Of a DNA stretch of 53,537 nt, positions 1 through 8,333 are shown piece by piece (position 1 is the stretch's first letter; each line of letters begins with the position of its first letter). This DNA comes from Thermoplasmatota archaeon. GTDB taxonomy: Archaea; Thermoplasmatota; Poseidoniia; Poseidoniales; Thalassarchaeaceae. The DNA lies in NCBI GenBank assembly GCA_036124005.1, contig JAZADD010000077.1, positions 1 to 53,537 of the forward strand, in the 5' to 3' direction. Under the pieces are notes generated by a model, which saw only the letters and a program-made list of their open reading frames with translations, had not been told where the DNA came from and searched no databases. A program made the translations under genes and the position numbers.

Positions 1-119
1 AATGCTCGTGTGTCCCTTGTTGGCAGCCTTGAGGGCTGCCTGGCGGGGCTGCTTGTTGTGGTACACCGTGGAGGTGTCCTTCCCGTTTTCCATTAGTACG
101 AAGTACTTCTTTTCACTCA
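1..119 (-). CDS. Archaeal chromatin protein MC1, N-terminal part; the gene runs off the window edge
   Basis: Absent from the ORF track because no stop lies in the window. The reverse-strand ATG at 117-119 reads MSEKKYFVLMENGKDTSTVYHNKQPRQAALKAANKGHTSI. The KQPRQAALKAANKG block matches the conserved N-terminus of MC1 as I recall it from Methanosarcina. Confidence 0.65.
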
Positions 120-250
120 TCTGGCATCACCAGTGAGCAAAGATGCTTAACTTCTCGCGTATAAACTTTAACCCGTAAATCGCAATACGTCTCGGAAATT
201 GGGCCTTTTTCTTTAGTCCCAAGGGGGTTCCTCGCAGTCCAACGAAGTGC

Positions 251-484
251 TTAGATCTCGGCACCAGCAAGGGTTTTCGTGTTCAAAACACCCTCAACTT
301 GACGTACATTCTCGACAACAAATGCAGCAATAGCGGACATATCTTCGGCAATTACCTTGATGATAATATCATAGTCGCCGAAAAGAAGTGTTGCATCTGC
401 AACTTTATCCAATTCTTTTACCGTTTCAAATACAGAGAATTCCATCCCCGGTTCAACATTCACAAGCACGTATCCCGTCGCCAT
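251..484 (-). CDS. Stand-alone Lrp/AsnC-type ligand-binding (RAM) domain protein, 77 aa
   Basis: Its small size and alternating beta-alpha pattern (YVLVNVEPG...VKELDKV...LFGDYDIIIKV...VVENVRQVEGVLNTKTL) are typical of AsnC_trans_reg/RAM-only proteins. No HTH region is present. Confidence 0.65.
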   Translation of the reverse strand: MATGYVLVNVEPGMEFSVFETVKELDKVADATLLFGDYDIIIKVIAEDMSAIAAFVVENVRQVEGVLNTKTLAGAEI

Positions 485-534
485 GCGAGGTCATAGAAGC
501 ATTAGCCAATCAAGCCTTTGCTATCTAGGATAAC

Positions 535-3500
535 TCAAGACTCATTCACAGCATTACTCTCATTTGTCGATATCTCAGATTCATCTTCGGGAATCGAAGG
601 GGTATCAAGCTCCATCAACAAAGCATCTGCTTCCGCAACAATCCAAGGAGATTCAGATTCATCTTTAATCGAATAGGAGCGGATACTACGCAATATTAGG
701 GTAAACAGTGACAATAGTATGAGAACTGCGAGTACAATCCCTGGCAACATAATGCCAATTCCTTCTGCCTGTTCCTTATTTTCTTCAGATGGCTCTTCTT
801 CCGATTGTTCCACTTCTCCAGTAACATTCAGACCTGTAATATTGGATTCATCAACACGGCCAAGTCCATCGCGACAAACGACGCTGGCGCTTACATTCTC
901 CATCGGACGACCTGGTTTCCATTCAACAAGGACGCCCCCCCTCTGATCAGGAGACGATTCCACAGATAGAATACTGATGTTTCCTTGCACAATATCGATA
1001 TTACACAGCACACTGGATAGATCATCGAGATCAGTCACATTGAATTCTATATTACTAGATATTCCTACCTCGGCACCTAATGGCCAATGGATGTCATGGA
1101 TTACAGGCGGAGGGAATACTATCTCAATTGGTTCAGACCAACCCGAAGCAAGACCATCCTGGTCGACAGCAATCAATACAAGAGATGCTTCACCTTCTGT
1201 AAAATCGTCAGGGACATTTACAGTGTATACAATGGCATCTAATCCACCACAACTTGAAGGAGATGTCAAGGAGATATCAAGCGTCTCGCTCCAACCAGCC
1301 TGTCGAATCGACGCAGTCGTCTGCAAAACCTTGCGATGAACATCAAGATTTACTACCATATGATTGGCTTCGCCCCGATTCAAGATTGAACCATTCGTCA
1401 AAGGTGACGACTCACCCCCTCTACAGATGCTAATCTCTGAGATTGATGGAGGGCGCGTCTCCACAGGTAGAGATATGGATTTGGTTGCTTGGCCAGCATC
1501 ACGATCGATTACAGATACTTCGAGTAAGAGTGTGCCTGATGTCAAGCCGGGACCAGGTGCGGGTATCGAAACGACGATTTCGGTCCCATCAGTCATTGCT
1601 GTGAATGGCACCTTCATCTCCCCTTGCTCTGGCCACTTCAATGTCAGTTGACCATTCGCCACCCCAGGTACAGCATCCAAATCTAACACAGAAATCCTAA
1701 CTGACTCATTACCGACACCAAAAGCGAACTCTTCGGAGACACCTTCTCTCTCGAAGGTCAACGAGACTGTCGGACCCTGATTTTCAACAAGTATGGATCT
1801 AGTCGAACGAATATTACCTTCCGAATCAATGAGTCGCCCCAAGAAGGGAATTAACGGCTGCTCCAAGGGAAGTAACAACGTACTTGCATAACAATGAAAG
1901 TTGGATGTTGGGTCCTTCGGTAAAGCAACGACATCCCCCGCGATACCAGATTCAAATGAGAACGATGGAGGCTCCTGAATGGGGTCATGATCTACATCTT
2001 CAACACAGGCCCGGATAACCGATTCTTGTCCTCGAATCATCCCTTCTGGCGTACTCGATGGGAGATTTGTATCTCCGTTCCAATCATTCTCATCCGCGCC
2101 CTGAATATGAATCCCATACCAAACCGAAGGAGAATCGATAAATTCGAGAGCAGCAGTGAGAGTCGATGTTGCATTGACGCCATCGATATCAGTGATTTCA
2201 AATTGGACATCATAGAAATCTAAGGCTGCATCTCCAGGAACATCGAAGAAAGCCGTCCATCGCTCAGAGCCGCTTGAAAGAGCATTCATCAAAATCAAGA
2301 CGGTACCCTCAGAATCGATAATCGACATCTGAGCAGTAGCCATACCGAAATCATCTGTCGCATCCACCCAACAAGCAACTGTGGCACCACGTGGGACAAC
2401 ATTCGACGAACAAGCGATATCTGTAATGACAGGGGGGGCGTTAATTTGCGTATTCACCGTCTGAACATTGTTGTGTACAATTCTTTCAGAAAGAACCCTT
2501 GATTGCACGAACTGTGAACTGTTCAATATTGGACCATCGTCCGCAATATAACGAATCTGAAAATCAACGTACCCGGTTGTTGAAGTCGTAACCGGAATAA
2601 GGAGTGTTGCAATCGAACCGGATTCATTTCCAGCAGGCAAAGTAATCGATTGATTAGTCAACAAATAGTTACCAATCCTTTCTCTTACCTCAATCCACCC
2701 AGAGGCAGGAGCTGCACCAAGATTGGCGACATCTACATGAATTTCAAAAATCTCACTTGCTGATGCCCTGATTGGCACAGAAGCATTTCTGATCTCAACA
2801 TCATGCAATTGATTCGCAAATGGGGCCATCTTTGGGTCTCCTACAATCACACCCATCCAAGATAGATAACCGTTTGATACAGTGTAAGCCTCACCGAGAT
2901 TGTATCCAGATGCATAGTAAGCAGTCAACAAATCAGGCTTAGAAACCGCTGTCAGGTAAGGTTCGTACACGTAGCCCTTGGCACCAGAAACACCATCCTC
3001 AAGGAGATCTGCAATGAGACTCTGCCCATATTCAGTACCCCAGGTGAAGGAACGGCCCCCTGTCGAGACCGCGGTTTCCGCGATAGAACCGGGGACCCAA
3101 TCCATATGCGGGCGAATAATTCGGAGATTCGTTGTATCAAAGTGCAAAGCGCCTTGACGACTAATATTCAGAATCTCGGCCTTGTAGGAAATCTGCAATG
3201 TGGTTGCGTTTTCATGCGGGCGGAATCTCATTTTCTGTTGGGCCCAAGAGGGAGTCATGCTGGTTGGACTGGTAGAATTGATTGAAAGAAGAGAACCGTT
3301 GCCATCGTAAGCCTCCACATTCAACATCCAATCAGCGTTAATCTCTCCTGACGATTGCCCATAGCCAGAAAGTATCCATGCATGCCCTGCCTGTTCTATA
3401 TCCAATGTGAGATTTGTCGATATCAAACTCGGCCCTTGACCAATGGTTGTGAATGATGGACAATCAAGAGCTACTTCTCCATTGACTAGAGTAATATCCG

Positions 3501-5670
3501 ATGCATTCAGAGCCTCGGTCCAAACCTGGACCTCGTCAATCAATCCAGCCCAATGCGTATTTCCAGCCCTATTGACACCGAACTTGTAGAGGTCAATTTC
3601 GTCAATTGCGCCACTTGGCAATGTAATGTTGTTAACGAGGGCACCATCCATGTACTGCATCAGTTGATTGCCATCCTTTGCTACCACAAAATGGACCCAT
3701 TCACTAGCCGATACTGGGCCAAAATCATACCGTGAGTTATGATACAATTGCCAGACACCCGGAGTCGAACCGCTGGTCATAATCTGGAAAGAGTCGAAAT
3801 CTCCTCCCACATCATTCACTGCCACCACAGAGGCATAACCAGGTTGCCCAGTATGATTCGCCTTCGCCCATAGAGATACTGTGAAATTCCCTAAGCGATC
3901 ATCAACATCCACTCGGAGTTCATCATCGACACCATCCAATTGGATACAATTACCAAGCAGACAAGATTGCCAAGTTGGAGACCCGGTCATCGAGAGATTT
4001 GCGTCACCAACCAAATCCTCCACAGATGTTCCACTCCCCGCTTCAAAGTCCCAATGGTGGGCTAGGATGTCAGAACGAACTGGATTACTCATCGCACGAC
4101 TAAAAGCAGAGGCAGGAATTACCTGCTTCGTCAAATTCGGACCAGCCCATGAAACAATATGACCAGCCCACCCACCATGCTCAAAGAACTCGGCTCGAAA
4201 TCGATGTTCTCCTTCGGTAAGATTGATTGTGGCGCCAACCTCTCGCATACCGTGTACACCTGAATTGTTGACGACTAAGGCATCATCAATCCAAATCATG
4301 ACACCGTCGTCTGCATTGGAATAGATTGTCCAGTCCCCGGTTTCCGGAATCGTAAGTACACCAGTGTGACGCACCGAGAAATAGTCAGCGAACCGTGAAT
4401 CAAGACCTGGCCAATGTGTATTTACTTGGATTTGATCGATATTGGCCTCAGAACGGAAGTGGTTGGGGACACGATCCGTAAGATCCGGCATGAAGGAGGA
4501 ATTGTAAGATATGCCCTGATTGTCAAAATATTCAGCCAAAAGACCTGAGGTAATCTCACCATTTGTTGCAGTACATGGTGCGGAAGAAATACTGAGAGAT
4601 GCGGCGCCATTTCCATTTCTCTTAACAGAATCATCCCAGAACCAATCACTCGTCTCCCCATTCGATACCGTTGGAGTAGAAGCATGCCATGATCGAATAC
4701 CCGAACTAGTGGAACCATCGGGTGCATCCAACCCACTGTCCGGTAATTGGTTATCTTCCCAAGTGCCATCGTTACTCCCCCATGCAGCATATTGGATTAC
4801 ATCATCAACATTGGTCAGATAAGTTGAGTTCTGGTTAAACTCGGTAGAAAGGCCGAGAGTTCCATTGACAATTTCATCAGCGCGATATAATGCGTCATTC
4901 CAGAACTGATATCCTGAAGAATTTCGGTTCGTTGCTAAATCAAGGACAGTTGTTCCCCGAGACGCAAAGGACTCGTTGGCAAGTTCGATGAGACCTAGAG
5001 CAGTATCAACATCATAGCCAGTTAATCGGGTAACGATGTAAAATCCCTGATCTATTCGATTGAATATTGGCACAGGTGTCTCACTGTAGCTTGAATAAGC
5101 CTCACCACCCGTATCTGACCATGGTCCATACGCATGCTCAGTCCAGTAATTTGCATGAATTGCAGGAGAATACTGCGCAGAATCGATTAGGGCAAGTTCT
5201 GAATCAAATGATGCGCGTGCATTAGTACCTCCATTGACCCGAAGGGGGATGCCCTTTGTGGTGACAATGTAACTAATCTCACCTCCAAGTGACCGATTTA
5301 GCATCATCTCCCGAATAGGGTCGGCAAAGAATTCATCGAACTGGCCTGCATTAATTGTCTCTCCTGTAGGTGTGCTCTCATTGGTCAAACGGAAGATTCG
5401 TTTCTCGGGAATACCGCGGGCTGCGGCAAAGGCTTCACCAATAGTGACACTGTCTTCGCTTCTATTATTGATGAGGACGGCGACATCAGTATAGTTCGCC
5501 CAAGTCGTATGATGGAACCCCCCAGGAACCGCGATTGTAGAAATATCTGAGGAGGGATGTACTTGTTCAGCATCAGTCAAAGAACTCACAGAGTCTGTTG
5601 GTTGAGCACAAAGTGTCCATGGATGCATAACTATGAGGGCCAAAATCAGTAGATTCGATGCCCTCATCAT
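535..5670 (-). CDS. Giant membrane-anchored surface protein (~1,711 aa) with signal peptide, TIGR03790-like domain interrupted by PA14 and LamG-like domains, Ig/CARDB-like repeats, C-terminal TM helix and acidic tail
   Basis: The ORF runs 535..5709 and opens with TTG. A tandem ATG-ATG at 5665-5670 gives MMRASNLLILALIVMHPWTLCAQP, a signal peptide. PA14-like segment: GLLAEYFDNQG...FSVRHTGVLTIPETGDWTIYSNADDGVMIWIDD. LamG-like segment: LDGVDDELRV...FTVSLWAKAN...WVHFVVAKDGNQLMQYMDG...GLIDEVQVW. C-terminal TM helix: IMLPGIVLAVLILLSLFTLIL. Confidence 0.85.
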   Translation of the reverse strand: MMRASNLLILALIVMHPWTLCAQPTDSVSSLTDAEQVHPSSDISTIAVPGGFHHTTWANYTDVAVLINNRSEDSVTIGEAFAAARGIPEKRIFRLTNESTPTGETINAGQFDEFFADPIREMMLNRSLGGEISYIVTTKGIPLRVNGGTNARASFDSELALIDSAQYSPAIHANYWTEHAYGPWSDTGGEAYSSYSETPVPIFNRIDQGFYIVTRLTGYDVDTALGLIELANESFASRGTTVLDLATNRNSSGYQFWNDALYRADEIVNGTLGLSTEFNQNSTYLTNVDDVIQYAAWGSNDGTWEDNQLPDSGLDAPDGSTSSGIRSWHASTPTVSNGETSDWFWDDSVKRNGNGAASLSISSAPCTATNGEITSGLLAEYFDNQGISYNSSFMPDLTDRVPNHFRSEANIDQIQVNTHWPGLDSRFADYFSVRHTGVLTIPETGDWTIYSNADDGVMIWIDDALVVNNSGVHGMREVGATINLTEGEHRFRAEFFEHGGWAGHIVSWAGPNLTKQVIPASAFSRAMSNPVRSDILAHHWDFEAGSGTSVEDLVGDANLSMTGSPTWQSCLLGNCIQLDGVDDELRVDVDDRLGNFTVSLWAKANHTGQPGYASVVAVNDVGGDFDSFQIMTSGSTPGVWQLYHNSRYDFGPVSASEWVHFVVAKDGNQLMQYMDGALVNNITLPSGAIDEIDLYKFGVNRAGNTHWAGLIDEVQVWTEALNASDITLVNGEVALDCPSFTTIGQGPSLISTNLTLDIEQAGHAWILSGYGQSSGEINADWMLNVEAYDGNGSLLSINSTSPTSMTPSWAQQKMRFRPHENATTLQISYKAEILNISRQGALHFDTTNLRIIRPHMDWVPGSIAETAVSTGGRSFTWGTEYGQSLIADLLEDGVSGAKGYVYEPYLTAVSKPDLLTAYYASGYNLGEAYTVSNGYLSWMGVIVGDPKMAPFANQLHDVEIRNASVPIRASASEIFEIHVDVANLGAAPASGWIEVRERIGNYLLTNQSITLPAGNESGSIATLLIPVTTSTTGYVDFQIRYIADDGPILNSSQFVQSRVLSERIVHNNVQTVNTQINAPPVITDIACSSNVVPRGATVACWVDATDDFGMATAQMSIIDSEGTVLILMNALSSGSERWTAFFDVPGDAALDFYDVQFEITDIDGVNATSTLTAALEFIDSPSVWYGIHIQGADENDWNGDTNLPSSTPEGMIRGQESVIRACVEDVDHDPIQEPPSFSFESGIAGDVVALPKDPTSNFHCYASTLLLPLEQPLIPFLGRLIDSEGNIRSTRSILVENQGPTVSLTFEREGVSEEFAFGVGNESVRISVLDLDAVPGVANGQLTLKWPEQGEMKVPFTAMTDGTEIVVSIPAPGPGLTSGTLLLEVSVIDRDAGQATKSISLPVETRPPSISEISICRGGESSPLTNGSILNRGEANHMVVNLDVHRKVLQTTASIRQAGWSETLDISLTSPSSCGGLDAIVYTVNVPDDFTEGEASLVLIAVDQDGLASGWSEPIEIVFPPPVIHDIHWPLGAEVGISSNIEFNVTDLDDLSSVLCNIDIVQGNISILSVESSPDQRGGVLVEWKPGRPMENVSASVVCRDGLGRVDESNITGLNVTGEVEQSEEEPSEENKEQAEGIGIMLPGIVLAVLILLSLFTLILRSIRSYSIKDESESPWIVAEADALLMELDTPSIPEDESEISTNESNAVNES

Positions 5671-5740
5671 GCTCTGCAACTCAAAGAACGAATTGAACCA
5701 ATCGGGCAATGGTTTCTCTCTAACGAAATATTCGTGAAAG

Positions 5741-5750
5741 GATATATAAC
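5741..5750. promoter_or_regulatory. Candidate TATA element in the divergent spacer between the giant surface-protein gene and the macro-domain gene
   Basis: The sequence gatatataac lies ~30 nt upstream of the ATG at 5775. The near-palindromic AT core could serve both directions. Confidence 0.35.
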
Positions 5751-5774
5751 AAAATTCCCGTTCGCTAGCACATC

Positions 5775-6413
5775 ATGGACACGCTCATCGTTAGAGATTG
5801 TCGCCACGGTCAGCTCCGTATTTTGATTGGAGATGTCCTACGTGTAGAATGTGACATCCTAATCACTGGAGCGAATAATCGGCTCTCGGGCCGCGAAGGC
5901 ATCGATGCAAAAATCCATCAGGCTGCAGGAGAGGATTTGCGTGAAGCCTGCACTCAAATCGCTCGGGCTCAACGTGCACAGAATCTCCAGCCATGTTCAG
6001 TCGGTTCTGCAGTAACAACTCCACCATTCAACCTCCCAGTACAACACCTGATTCATGTGGTCGGCCCCGACTGCCGACGACCAAACCAAGATCAGAATCG
6101 TAGGGATCTCCTTGAAAGCGCCTACAAATCGATGTTTTCAGAGATTTCTGCAACTGGAATCAAAGGGACTGTCGCTCTTGCACCATTATCCATGGGTGTG
6201 TTCTCTTATCCTCACCGTGAAGGAGCTCGTAAAACAATGGAAATTGTCCTAGGTGTGCTAGATGGCGAAGAAGACCCTGGAATTGACCGAATACTCCTTG
6301 TTACTGATGACAATAACTTCGTAAACAATATGAAGACCGTTTATCGTGAAACAGAAGATCAATTTCCCGGCACTGACATGACTCGCGCATTCCGCCGTGG
6401 CCTTATCCAGTGA
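5775..6413 (+). CDS. Macro-domain protein (MacroD/ADP-ribose-binding or O-acetyl-ADP-ribose deacetylase-like)
   Basis: Has the ILITGANNRLSGREGIDAKIHQAAGEDL pattern (N-x-x-L-x-G-G-x-G-V/I-D-x-A-I-H-x-A-A-G type) and a later APLSMGVFSYP segment typical of macro domains. Confidence 0.75.
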   Translation: MDTLIVRDCRHGQLRILIGDVLRVECDILITGANNRLSGREGIDAKIHQAAGEDLREACTQIARAQRAQNLQPCSVGSAVTTPPFNLPVQHLIHVVGPDCRRPNQDQNRRDLLESAYKSMFSEISATGIKGTVALAPLSMGVFSYPHREGARKTMEIVLGVLDGEEDPGIDRILLVTDDNNFVNNMKTVYRETEDQFPGTDMTRAFRRGLIQ

Positions 6414-6419
6414 ACAACC

Positions 6420-6491
6420 TGCACACGCCGGGAGTCGAACCCGGGTAACGAGGTTGGGAACCTCGTATCATGACCACTAGATCACGTGTGC
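6420..6491 (-). tRNA. tRNA-Gly (anticodon CCC)
   Basis: The reverse complement folds by hand as GCACACG-TG-ATCTAGTGGTCATGAT-A-CGAGG-TTCCCAA-CCTCG-TTAC-CCGGG-TTCGACT-CCCGG-CGTGTGC-A. It has a 7-bp acceptor stem, a T-loop TTCGACT and the anticodon loop TT-CCC-AA. No CCA is encoded. Confidence 0.85.
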
Positions 6492-6524
6492 GGGATGTAT
6501 GCCAAGTGTTGTTTCCACTTGACC

Positions 6525-7409
6525 TCATCGCTCAACAAAAAACGAAGAAGAATCGGAGAAATCACCAATATGGTCTCGAATCGCATCTTGGATAGTAAGG
6601 CGGCCCATCGCCACAGCTCGTGCGAGATCAGAAGGGATGGTTGCTCGACCTTCTGAAACTTTACGAGAACGACGTTGAATATCACGAATTTCGCCATTAG
6701 TCGGTCGAACTCTCTGCTTTTCCTTAACCGCACAACCTGGAAGATGTGCAATTCGAAGCGCGGAAGAGGAATGAGCATGTCTTGGTACACCTATGGAAGT
6801 CCGTGCCTCATCCACTCGCTCTACATTCAGGGAACGTGCCATGCAAGTATTGATGATACGATTAGCAAGTGTCTTTGAACCATTACCCACACGAATAACA
6901 AGATTATCGTAATCGATAGTACCGGCAATATCAATCACTCGATCCACAACACCGTCTACCTCTTCGAACTGCTCCTTTCCAAGAAAGACGCCGTCACCAA
7001 CCCATGCGACACCCGGACGCGGTCCAGGATCGATTCCAAACGTGAGTAAACGGATGGATCCCTGGTAAGCCATCCGATGGATAGCACGTTCAACTGCAAG
7101 ATGAAAAGTGTCGATAGTTGCAGGGATTCCTGCTGCATCGCCACTCATTCCCACCTCAGAAGGGGCCCCCAACCAAGCAGATACACCGGGTGGAAGAGGA
7201 TCTGACGGTAGGAGTTGGATACAGCGAACGCCACGCCGTTTGAGTTCGGCAAGAACGCGATACGCCAGTCTGAAATCGCCCGTTCGTACTGCAATCGAAC
7301 CCACGTAGGATGAAATTGTGCAGGGAGGGTTTTGAAGAATCGGGCTTCTCGACCCCTCTGGCGACTGTTTTGAGAGATTAGAAACCTGATAGAAATTGGA
7401 AATAAACAC
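6525..7409 (-). CDS. Hypothetical protein with RNase H-fold (RuvC/YqgF-like, cf. COG2433-type) nuclease-like core
   Basis: LLTFGIDPGPRPGVAWVGDG resembles the first acidic motif of RuvC/YqgF-type folds, followed by VIRVGNGSKTL...VERVDEARTS. The start is uncertain: GTG at 7409, or an alternative GTG at 7304 (VGSIAVRTGDF...). Confidence 0.45.
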   Translation of the reverse strand: MFISNFYQVSNLSKQSPEGSRSPILQNPPCTISSYVGSIAVRTGDFRLAYRVLAELKRRGVRCIQLLPSDPLPPGVSAWLGAPSEVGMSGDAAGIPATIDTFHLAVERAIHRMAYQGSIRLLTFGIDPGPRPGVAWVGDGVFLGKEQFEEVDGVVDRVIDIAGTIDYDNLVIRVGNGSKTLANRIINTCMARSLNVERVDEARTSIGVPRHAHSSSALRIAHLPGCAVKEKQRVRPTNGEIRDIQRRSRKVSEGRATIPSDLARAVAMGRLTIQDAIRDHIGDFSDSSSFFVER

Positions 7410-7445
7410 CGAAGAGATTAGGTTTGCAAGCCGATGCGAGTAAGG

Positions 7446-8087
7446 ATGGGTTCAGGGTCCCAATACGAACGAGAGCTCCGAAAGGTGCTCGCTGGGTCTC
7501 CTGATGGTGTTCGAGCAGTCATCCGCTCTTGTACAGAAGAAGAAAGAGCATTGGCTCGTCTCGTGATAGAGCGCCCCTTCCTCGTAGTGAGAGCTGCTGG
7601 AAGCGGAATCGAAGGAAGTGGAGACTTGTTAGCTCTTCGAGGCGACTTATGTTTCCCAATTGAAGTTAAGACAAGTAAACACTCGACACTTTACCTAAAT
7701 GGACGACTCCGTTCTCAATACGAAGCATTGGAGGAAATTGGACGACGTTGTGGATTAATGCCACTCTATGCTTACAGGCTAAAGGGTACCCGCGGAGATT
7801 CTTGGCGTATCTTCAGAATCGATACTGGGCATTTAGAGGGGAGATTGTCCATCCTCGCACGTCGAATCCCAGTATGTCCACTTACCTCAAACGGTCGACC
7901 CCATCTAATTTGGGAAGATGGGCTCCCATTACATCGCTTTCTGGCTCTAGTCTGCCGTCAACGAGACTCTACTAAGAATGGGTTGACTGGATTGCAGGAT
8001 CGTAATGTACAGGAAGAGATGCGAACCACAACACAGGAAGACGCTCCTGAACCAATGAAAGAATGGATTCGTGGCTTCATTCGTTGA
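7446..8087 (+). CDS. hjc: Holliday junction resolvase Hjc-like nuclease with ~80-aa C-terminal extension
   Basis: GSQYERELRKVL...FLVVRAAGSG...GDLLALRGDLCFPIEVKTSK reproduces the Hjc E...D...E-x-K catalytic pattern. The ATG at 7446 is preferred over the one at 7434. Confidence 0.7.
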   Translation: MGSGSQYERELRKVLAGSPDGVRAVIRSCTEEERALARLVIERPFLVVRAAGSGIEGSGDLLALRGDLCFPIEVKTSKHSTLYLNGRLRSQYEALEEIGRRCGLMPLYAYRLKGTRGDSWRIFRIDTGHLEGRLSILARRIPVCPLTSNGRPHLIWEDGLPLHRFLALVCRQRDSTKNGLTGLQDRNVQEEMRTTTQEDAPEPMKEWIRGFIR

Positions 8088-8271
8088 AATTCTTTGCTGG
8101 TGCTTCCAACTGCACTTCGATTGAATCTAATCGGTCGCGCACGTTTTTGATTTCATCCCGTACCGAATCCGTAGATGCCTGCTCAAGAAGACGGGCAATA
8201 GAATCTAAATCTCGGATAATTGATTGGAGTCGCCGCTGATGTGTAATTCGACTCGGATTATCCTCGTCCAT
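8077..8271 (-). CDS. Small predicted coiled-coil protein (64 aa from the internal ATG)
   Basis: The ORF runs 8077..8352. The upstream part would overlap the M50 protease start, so the ATG at 8271 (MDEDNPSRITHQRRLQSIIRDLDSIARLLEQ...) is preferred. There is a heptad-like pattern but no recognised family. Confidence 0.3.
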   Translation of the reverse strand: MDEDNPSRITHQRRLQSIIRDLDSIARLLEQASTDSVRDEIKNVRDRLDSIEVQLEAPAKNFNE

Positions 8272-8333
8272 GTTTCTGGGAAACCAGCACCTCGCATGAA
8301 GAGTATGGTCCATGGAGTCAATGGAGGATTGAA

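Noticed and set aside
977-4822. Multiple 60-120-aa ORFs on the plus strand inside the giant minus-strand gene (e.g. 977..1339, 3881..4162, 4520..4822), and similar ORFs opposite other long genes
   Set aside because: These are shadow ORFs antisense to or overlapping a long, domain-rich CDS. Their translations are low-complexity, S/P/R-rich and have no motifs.
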